Shown: one piece after another, positions 57,853 through 64,000 of the stretch
Layout of the letters: the number at the start of each line of letters is the position of its first letter
Numbering within the stretch: position 1 is the first letter of the stretch
Source of the DNA: a bacterium
Lineage (GTDB): Bacteria; Hydrothermota; DG-26; JAUXAN01
Direction: 5' to 3'
Length of the DNA: 64,000 nt
Assembly (NCBI GenBank): GCA_030619885.1
Contig: JAUXAN010000002.1
Span: 30,934 to 94,933, forward strand
Notes under the pieces: model-generated
Database searches by the model: none
The model's input: only the letters and a program-made list of their open reading frames with translations
Told to the model about the DNA's origin: nothing
Program-made: the position numbers and the translations under genes

Positions 57853-59478
57853 TCAAGCTTGTATTTTCTTTGCGACTTCCAGGTTTTTCTTCGCGGTCTC
57901 ATTTTCCGGTTCGAGTTCAAGACATCTATTCCAGTAACTGATCGCTTGGTTTAAAAAACCATTCTTATAACTGATATTACCCAGTTTCAATAGTATATCA
58001 GGTGTCTCCTCTGCTTTGATTATCTTTTCAAAATGGGAACTCGCTTCTTTAAAATAGCCTCTTTTGTAATAGATATCTGCAACATTTCCAATTACTTTGG
58101 GATTTTCTGGATCCAGCTCATAAGCCTTTTTATATTCTTCGGTAGCACCGGTATAGTTCTTCTGCTTCTCCATCGTTACCCCAAGGTTATTATGGAGCGA
58201 TGCTATTTCTGAATTCAAGTTTACACCGGTTCTGAATTTCTCTTCTGCCTTTTTGAAATTTACCTTGCGGATGTAAATCAATCCTGAATAGAAGTAGGGA
58301 GGCAGCAATTTAGCATTCAAAGAAGACGCACTGTTCAGGTATGTGAGTGCCTTATCGAAAGCACCCTTTTTGTAGTAAAGAACTCCAAGATTCGAGTGTA
58401 ATTCTGCGTATGAAGGTTCGATCTCAATGCCCTTGTGATAGAAATTTTCTGCGTCTTCAAAAGATCCTTGAAATTCGTATATAAGGGCAAGGTTATTATA
58501 TATCGATGCCCTTCTCGGATTGATCTCCAACGCCTTTTTGTAGTATACAGATGCCTCTTTGAATTTCTTCTCTTTATATTTAATCATTCCTAAATAGAAA
58601 AATGCCTCTGCAAGATTGGGATCCAACTCTATGATTTTTTTATACTCCCTTTCTGCCTCCTCAAGCATATCTGTCCGCAGGAAGGCGTAGCCTAAATTTT
58701 TATGTTCCTCTATCCTCTCCATTGACCTTTCTGGGAGCTCCTCCCTCTTCTTCCCGACTTCCGAACAGAAACCTGCCTGAAGTAGTCCGTATATTATTTT
58801 TAAAGTCTCGAAATCAGTGGCTTTACTTATACCTTTTATCTCCCCCAATGTCCGGTTACCATCAATTAAAAGGAGCACTCCCTTCTCTTTCTCTGTAAGT
58901 GAGGCAAACTTCGGTAAAAATTCTATCCCCTCCATCTTTCGGAGCAGTGTGTTTCGTGACGGAATCTTGCGTTCAAGTTCGGTCCATTCATCTATCTTCC
59001 TTGCTTCCTCAAGCAGGATATTCTCGGGCGCTATCGAAATCAGTATAGATTTTTCTGGAGTCTGGACGTCCTGTTCAAAATTGAAATAACCATCCTCCCA
59101 GGTTAATAGAAGAAAGAGAATATTCTGTATTTCTGTTTTTAGATATTCTTTCAAATCTTCCTTTGAGACAAGATTCAGTTCGAGTAATATCTCTTCAGCA
59201 GTTCTCTCTTTGTTATTCTCTTTTATCTTTTTGATCTGTTCGAACTGCTCTTTTGTAATTCTTCCTTCTTTTACCAAAATTTCAGATATCTTGAGCTCCT
59301 GATTGACTATATTACCGTATACGATCTTTCCATTTTTGAAATAGATATTTGCAATATTCTTCCTATCGGAAATGGTGAGACATCCATTCTTATTTCCCAT
59401 AGATAATAACTGAACTATATCGGGAAAAGTTGCTTCGGAAAGGAGTCCTTTTATCGCCATTTTAATAATCTTCCACAA
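57853..59478 (-). CDS. PATAN/DUF4388 N-terminal domain protein with long TPR-repeat C-terminal region
   Basis: MAIKGLLSEATFPDIVQLLSMGNKNGCLTISDRKNIANIYFKNGKIVY (DUF4388/PatA-N-like) followed by about 10 TPR units. Confidence 0.6.
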   Translation of the reverse strand: MWKIIKMAIKGLLSEATFPDIVQLLSMGNKNGCLTISDRKNIANIYFKNGKIVYGNIVNQELKISEILVKEGRITKEQFEQIKKIKENNKERTAEEILLELNLVSKEDLKEYLKTEIQNILFLLLTWEDGYFNFEQDVQTPEKSILISIAPENILLEEARKIDEWTELERKIPSRNTLLRKMEGIEFLPKFASLTEKEKGVLLLIDGNRTLGEIKGISKATDFETLKIIYGLLQAGFCSEVGKKREELPERSMERIEEHKNLGYAFLRTDMLEEAEREYKKIIELDPNLAEAFFYLGMIKYKEKKFKEASVYYKKALEINPRRASIYNNLALIYEFQGSFEDAENFYHKGIEIEPSYAELHSNLGVLYYKKGAFDKALTYLNSASSLNAKLLPPYFYSGLIYIRKVNFKKAEEKFRTGVNLNSEIASLHNNLGVTMEKQKNYTGATEEYKKAYELDPENPKVIGNVADIYYKRGYFKEASSHFEKIIKAEETPDILLKLGNISYKNGFLNQAISYWNRCLELEPENETAKKNLEVAKKIQA

Positions 59479-60640
59479 TTATTTTCGAATCAGGTAGGTT
59501 TTCATTTACGAGTTCTATATCTGCACTCTCAGGTGTTGATAGTTGAATATCGGGGGCTCCTTCAGTACTTGGTTTTTTTTCTTCCACCCTACCTTTTTTC
59601 TGCAAGATTTTCTTTCCAAGGTTTGCAATCTCTGCCTCCACTTCAACGACCCTATAGGGTGAGAAAAGTTTGGATTCTATGGAATTGGCATCCTCAGGAA
59701 AGTCCCTCACATCCAACATTCCATACCTCTTCTGGAGCTCTACGAGTCTCTGAACATAAGTAGTGAAACTTATGAACTCACTCGTGACAGATTCGATATT
59801 CTCATCGATAACTTTCTTTAATCTTGAAACATCAAAACCTTTCATCTCCCATACGAAGAGCCTCTGGCGATACTCATCTCTCAGTCTCTCTGTCTCACCA
59901 ACCTTCACAAAATCTTCGGGAAGAGTCTCTGTCACATCGGATATATAATTTTCAAACTCTCCCTTTCTTTTCGGTCTATGCTTTTCCTTTTTCATTATTC
60001 CAAGTCTATAGAGCGCATCACTGTCGATTGGTTTACCCTCGATCTGGCGGTAGGCAATGAGTTTATTCATCATCCCGTGGAGTTCGCTTACACTCGCCAC
60101 AGACTTTCTGGATACAATTTCGACGACTTCATCACTAATATCCATTCCTTCTGAGAATTGCTTAAAGATTTTCTTCCTGTCTTCGAATTCAGGGGGGCTA
60201 ATCTCAATAACAAGCCCTGAATTGATCCCTGAGAGGAGGCGTTCATCGAGTACTAACTCATCAGGTGGCTTATTTGCTGATAAGACGACCTGTTTGTTTT
60301 TTGACAAAAGGAGATTGGAAATTTTAATTATTACAGACTGGGCTTCGAGATTTATATATTGTAGGTCGTCCACCAATAACATATCCATCTCTTTTAATTT
60401 TTCAAAACCGATTTCTTCTTTTGGATCTTCTCCCCGAATGAGATACCACTTTATGTTCGGTTTGTTCGCTTTTAGATAATTTGCAATCGAAAAAAGGAGG
60501 TGGGTCTTCCCATTTCCCACATGTGAATGGATAAATAATGGGTTAAAGGTGGTCTTTTCCGATTCGGCTACCTTACGGGCAACATCGTATACGAGTCTGT
60601 TAAAATCACCAACAACAAAATTGTCAAAACTCTTCTCCAA
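59462..60640 (-). CDS. DnaA-domain-III-like AAA+ ATPase (Hda/DnaA paralogue) lacking the DnaA DNA-binding domain IV, with unrelated about 170-aa C-terminal tail
   Basis: FDNFVVGDFNRLVYDVARKVA, NPLFIHSHVGNGKTHLL (Walker A), DMLLVDDLQYI (Walker B), QVVLSANKPPDEL, LSGINSGLVIEISPPEFEDRKKI; collinear with DnaA box VII/sensor region. Confidence 0.65.
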   Translation of the reverse strand: MEKSFDNFVVGDFNRLVYDVARKVAESEKTTFNPLFIHSHVGNGKTHLLFSIANYLKANKPNIKWYLIRGEDPKEEIGFEKLKEMDMLLVDDLQYINLEAQSVIIKISNLLLSKNKQVVLSANKPPDELVLDERLLSGINSGLVIEISPPEFEDRKKIFKQFSEGMDISDEVVEIVSRKSVASVSELHGMMNKLIAYRQIEGKPIDSDALYRLGIMKKEKHRPKRKGEFENYISDVTETLPEDFVKVGETERLRDEYRQRLFVWEMKGFDVSRLKKVIDENIESVTSEFISFTTYVQRLVELQKRYGMLDVRDFPEDANSIESKLFSPYRVVEVEAEIANLGKKILQKKGRVEEKKPSTEGAPDIQLSTPESADIELVNENLPDSKIIVEDY

Positions 60641-60642
60641 AT

Positions 60643-61113
60643 TTACCTCCCAAATAATTTGCCCAAGGCTTTTTCTGTAGGTTTGATGCTCTTCAATTCT
60701 TCTGGCTTTTCTTCGAGTGAGGATAAGATTTTTTGTAATTCTTCAGATGTCTCTTTTGCAGACATCTGAATGACTCCTAAAAGGGCTGTATCGTCGAATA
60801 GGGTTGCAAATATGTATCTCTTCATCAAAACAGAATAGTGTATCTTTAACTTCGACCCTTCCTGTATAAATAGAGAGAATGCCTTCTCTCCTACTAAATT
60901 CGCCAGTGCTTGTGTAGAATTGAATACCCCTGCAATTAGAGCAGAGATGTTGAAGGTGTCGAAATTGGATACAAAACCTGTCTGAAATAATAACTGTCCG
61001 CTATCGGAAAGAAGCAGGGCACATCTCGCATTAGAACTGTCTATGTATTTATGAAGGCAGTCGCTTATTTTGTTTGAAATTTCCTCTGTAATTACGAGTT
61101 GTTCTGTTAACAT
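60643..61113 (-). CDS. Roadblock/LC7 (MglB-like) domain protein
   Basis: CALLLSDSGQLLFQTG...ISALIAGVFNSTQALA...IFATLFDDTALLGVIQ pattern. Confidence 0.55.
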   Translation of the reverse strand: MLTEQLVITEEISNKISDCLHKYIDSSNARCALLLSDSGQLLFQTGFVSNFDTFNISALIAGVFNSTQALANLVGEKAFSLFIQEGSKLKIHYSVLMKRYIFATLFDDTALLGVIQMSAKETSEELQKILSSLEEKPEELKSIKPTEKALGKLFGR

Positions 61114-61114
61114 A

Positions 61115-61456
61115 TTAGAGAAGGTTTATGATTTTTTTAATCTGTTTTGTCAAAGCTATCCTTATGGATCCAACATTTATATTTTTCCCGGTCACAACCG
61201 CAAGGATACATTCTTTTGTAGAGACGAAGAATATATTGCCATCCGTTGTATAGATTGACACGAATATGTGTTCTGTCGTCTTCTGTCTTAAAGAATTTTC
61301 TATATCTCTGCTCATCGTGGCTATCATTGCAGCCACCTTCGTTTCATCTATGTCTGACATCAAGTTCGATTTAATCGGTATACCATCTTTGCCAATCACC
61401 ACCGAACCTCGAATACTAGGAATCTTATTTATCTCATCCAAGATTTCCTCAATCAT
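61115..61456 (-). CDS. Roadblock/LC7 (MglB-like) domain protein
   Basis: IRGSVVIGKDGIPIKSNL...VAAMIATMSRDIEN...ILAVVTGKNINVGSIRIAL. Confidence 0.6.
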   Translation of the reverse strand: MIEEILDEINKIPSIRGSVVIGKDGIPIKSNLMSDIDETKVAAMIATMSRDIENSLRQKTTEHIFVSIYTTDGNIFFVSTKECILAVVTGKNINVGSIRIALTKQIKKIINLL

Positions 61457-62301
61457 TTAAGAATTTTCTCCAATTTTTCGACTGCCTTCTTCACACATAC
61501 TGAAAGCAGTCCAATCCTTGTTGTTCGTTTGCCCATCACTGTGAGAATCAAATCTCCCAGTTTTGTCATATAGATTAGTCCATTACCTATCTCCACTATG
61601 GCACGGTCAAAGGATCCGAGTCTGAGTTTTGAAGTGGAATTGACAGCGGATTTGAATATAGTAGCAACCAAAGCACCTATCTCTTCAGAATCAACATTCC
61701 CTTTTTCCACTTCGGAGACTACCAGTCCACCATCTGAAATTATCATCGTTGCTATAACACCCTGAGTATCATTCAATTCCTGCAGTGTCCTGTATATATT
61801 AGTTTCGGTTTCGGGGACGAGTGGTAGTTCTTCCTCAATACCGGCTTTCTGTTTCATTTTATCAACGATTACCTCCAGTGTCTTTTTTATTTCTTCGTCA
61901 TTGGGGTCGATGTCGAGAGACTTTTCCAAGTAATCGGCTGCTTCTTCTAAAAGGTCTTTACGGAGATAAATCTCACCCAAGTACTTGTAACCATCTTTGG
62001 AATTCATGTCTTGTTCGATTACCTTTTTGAATTCTGCCTCGGCTAACTCATATTCTTTTTTATCAACATATGCCTTCCCAAGTATGAGCCTTCCAACTAC
62101 AAAATCAGAATGATCCTTTAATCCCGAGAGGCACATCTCAATCGCTTCATCAACCATACCGTTCTCTCTGTAGTAATCCGCCAGTTCTGCAAAGACCAGA
62201 GAGCCCGGGTCACTCACCATTTCCTTTGACAGAAGTTCGCGTATCTTATCTTGAGCGAGTTTTTTCATATCACTCGATGGCTTCTTTCCATGATCTGGCA
62301 A
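61453..62301 (-). CDS. TPR-repeat protein with C-terminal Roadblock/LC7-like domain
   Basis: N-terminal TPRs; C-terminal GVIATMIISDGGLVVSEVEKGNVDSEEIGALVATIFKSAVNS...LILTVMGKR. Confidence 0.5.
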   Translation of the reverse strand: MPDHGKKPSSDMKKLAQDKIRELLSKEMVSDPGSLVFAELADYYRENGMVDEAIEMCLSGLKDHSDFVVGRLILGKAYVDKKEYELAEAEFKKVIEQDMNSKDGYKYLGEIYLRKDLLEEAADYLEKSLDIDPNDEEIKKTLEVIVDKMKQKAGIEEELPLVPETETNIYRTLQELNDTQGVIATMIISDGGLVVSEVEKGNVDSEEIGALVATIFKSAVNSTSKLRLGSFDRAIVEIGNGLIYMTKLGDLILTVMGKRTTRIGLLSVCVKKAVEKLEKILK

Positions 62302-63271
62302 GCCTTATCTTTTCTTTTACATTGAATTCATCCGAAGGAGAGAGTACGATATACTTCTCCCAATAGCTCACTGCCTTGTTCAGATCGTTCAACTTTGCAT
62401 AACATTGTCCAATTGAATGATAGAGTCTATAATTATTAGAGTCGATTTCGAGTGCCTTCTCATATTCTTCAATCGCCTCTCTGTATTGCCCACCCCTGAC
62501 ATAGTCATTACCTTTTGTTAAATAGGATTCTAATGAAATTTGACCCTTTCCTAACTCGCATACACCGGTCATCAGAAAACCGTATATTACCTTACACACA
62601 TCGAACTCATTCTGATTAACAGATTTGACTATTTCAGAGATACTTCTCTTCCCGTCAATACAGGCGAGTATGGACCATTCATCTGGTTTGAAATCTATCG
62701 AGTCAACTGACTCAATATAATCTCTCGAATCGACTGACTCGATATTGGGAGACACTCTCACTACAGTATCCATTGAAGGGACTTTTTCTCTGATTTTTGA
62801 CCACTCATCTATTCGTCTTGAGCCTTCCATAATGATATTTTCTGTTCGAAGTGATATGACAGTCTTTGAAGGAGCAGGAATTCCTTCTTCAAATCTGAAG
62901 TCACCATCATTTATCTTCAATAGTTCATAAACCAATTCTTCGGTGAATTTGGTCAGATAGGTACGGATTTCAGAAGATGGAATGAGTTTTTGGGAGACCA
63001 ATCCATCCACCAGTTGTTCATCTTTTCCAAGGGAATTCCTCAGCCTTTTTACATCTTCTTCACTCATCCTTCGTTTTTTAATGAGGACATTCCCTATATC
63101 ATATTCTCTATCATCTGAAGAGGCGAAGGTAATCCTTCCCTTCTCAAAATAGATAAATACATCGTGCCCACCGGATGGACTTATTGTGAGTCTGCCCGAT
63201 TTTTCTGATAGAGATAATAACTGAAAAAGGTCTGTTAGACCCAGTTCTTTAATCGGTCCTTCAATTGCCAT
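62270..63271 (-). CDS. PATAN/DUF4388 N-terminal domain protein with C-terminal TPRs (paralogue of 57853..59478)
   Basis: MAIEGPIKELGLTDLFQLLSLSEKSGRLTISPSGGHDVFIYFEKGRITFA. Confidence 0.6.
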   Translation of the reverse strand: MAIEGPIKELGLTDLFQLLSLSEKSGRLTISPSGGHDVFIYFEKGRITFASSDDREYDIGNVLIKKRRMSEEDVKRLRNSLGKDEQLVDGLVSQKLIPSSEIRTYLTKFTEELVYELLKINDGDFRFEEGIPAPSKTVISLRTENIIMEGSRRIDEWSKIREKVPSMDTVVRVSPNIESVDSRDYIESVDSIDFKPDEWSILACIDGKRSISEIVKSVNQNEFDVCKVIYGFLMTGVCELGKGQISLESYLTKGNDYVRGGQYREAIEEYEKALEIDSNNYRLYHSIGQCYAKLNDLNKAVSYWEKYIVLSPSDEFNVKEKIRLARSWKEAIE

Positions 63272-63284
63272 AGTTTATAACCTC

Positions 63285-63980
63285 TCATTTAGATAACATC
63301 TCTAACCATCCCTTTGCCACTTGAATATGCATCTCTGCCTGGTGGATTTCGGTTTCATTCTTTGAAATCTGTTTCACCTTATTCCACGATATTATAGCAT
63401 CGTCTATTTTATCAAGTTTAGCGTAAGCCAGACCCAGCCACAGATAAGCCTGTGCAAAATTCGGATTACATTTCAATGCAATTTCACACTCCTTTACAAC
63501 TTTTTCAATGCTACCCTTTTCATACCATATCCTCCCCAAAAGGGTATGCACTTTCTCACTACGCGGCTCTATCTTTACAGCCTTGTCGAGGAAAGAGAGC
63601 GCTTCATCGAATCTTTTTAGCTCTACCTTCATCTCTCCAAGTTTGTAAAGAGCTGACGAGTATGTGGGCACTATTCTGATTGCCTCTTTATACTCTTTTT
63701 CTGCCTCATCATAGACTTTCATCAACTGGTAAGTAACACCGAGATTCAAATGGGCGAGGGCATAGTTCTTATCAATTGAGATGGCGCGAAGATACGATTC
63801 TATTGCTTGATTGTATAACTCTTTTTCCCTGTACAATGTTCCAAGATTATTCAAAGCGAGTGTATTTTTTGGGTCAATCCTCACAACATCAGAGAACTGG
63901 TTGATCGCCTCATCTCTTTTCCCAAGTTCCCAGTAGACTTCGCCAAGGATTGAATGTGCTTCAGAAGAGTCTGTGTTCAT
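63285..63980 (-). CDS. TPR-repeat protein (possibly extends beyond the called start toward the window end)
   Basis: About 6 TPR units (e.g. AHLNLGVTYQLMKVYDEAEKEYKEAIRIVP); first gene of the minus-strand operon within the window. Confidence 0.6.
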   Translation of the reverse strand: MNTDSSEAHSILGEVYWELGKRDEAINQFSDVVRIDPKNTLALNNLGTLYREKELYNQAIESYLRAISIDKNYALAHLNLGVTYQLMKVYDEAEKEYKEAIRIVPTYSSALYKLGEMKVELKRFDEALSFLDKAVKIEPRSEKVHTLLGRIWYEKGSIEKVVKECEIALKCNPNFAQAYLWLGLAYAKLDKIDDAIISWNKVKQISKNETEIHQAEMHIQVAKGWLEMLSK

Positions 63981-64000
63981 AGAAACCGCTTTCTTGCACT

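Noticed and set aside
1-64000. CRISPR arrays, rRNA and tRNA genes
   Set aside because: No regularly spaced direct repeats with unique spacers were seen. The only tandem repeats are 2-3 copies, not arrays. No GTTCGAATC-type T-arm with a matching acceptor stem was found in intergenic regions, and there are no rRNA-like conserved blocks.

Overview
The window is low-GC (roughly 35-42%, judged by eye) and gene-dense. It comes from a diderm bacterium: lpxB is present, and promoters are sigma70-like TTGACA -35 boxes preceded by T-runs. On the plus strand these read TTTTTTCTTGACA. On the minus strand they appear as CTTGTCAAG(T/A)AAAAA. Reading left to right, the window contains:

- a partial UbiB/ABC1 kinase gene at the left edge;
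- a radical-SAM/SPASM enzyme translationally coupled to a phasin-like protein;
- a cell-surface glycan locus (2814-13590) with an RmlD-like reductase, two GT4 glycosyltransferases, an epimerase, three class-I SAM methyltransferases, a flippase-like protein, an 814-aa polytopic membrane protein and an embedded MNT/HEPN toxin-antitoxin pair;
- housekeeping genes rpmB, plsY, gpsA, ribD, lpxB, rho, recO and a tsaB-rimI fusion;
- secreted proteins (DUF1028-TPR, DUF5916/CBM9-like, metallophosphoesterase, a porin-like OMP);
- a rifampin-phosphotransferase-like PEP-synthase-family enzyme, an orphan CheD-like gene in a very AT-rich islet, and a GlpA-like three-gene cluster with a DUF89 phosphatase and a Na+/solute symporter;
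- decayed genes (SNF2 and RecQ-like helicase fragments, a frameshifted CDF transporter).

The most interesting region is a tightly packed minus-strand operon at 55489-64000. It combines CheR-CheD-CheB with two PATAN/DUF4388-TPR proteins, three Roadblock/LC7 (MglB-like) proteins and a DnaA-domain-III-like AAA+ ATPase that lacks the DNA-binding domain. No CheA, CheW, MCP or small GTPase is visible. This is a candidate undescribed signalling module.

Several families of short intergenic repeats are also present. Two elements flanked by terminal inverted repeats carry phased TTATCYGCG (DnaA-box-like) triplets. A palindrome-centred repeat family sits at minus-strand promoters. A perfect 20-bp inverted repeat brackets an RRM RNA-binding-protein gene. 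No rRNA, tRNA or CRISPR array was recognised.
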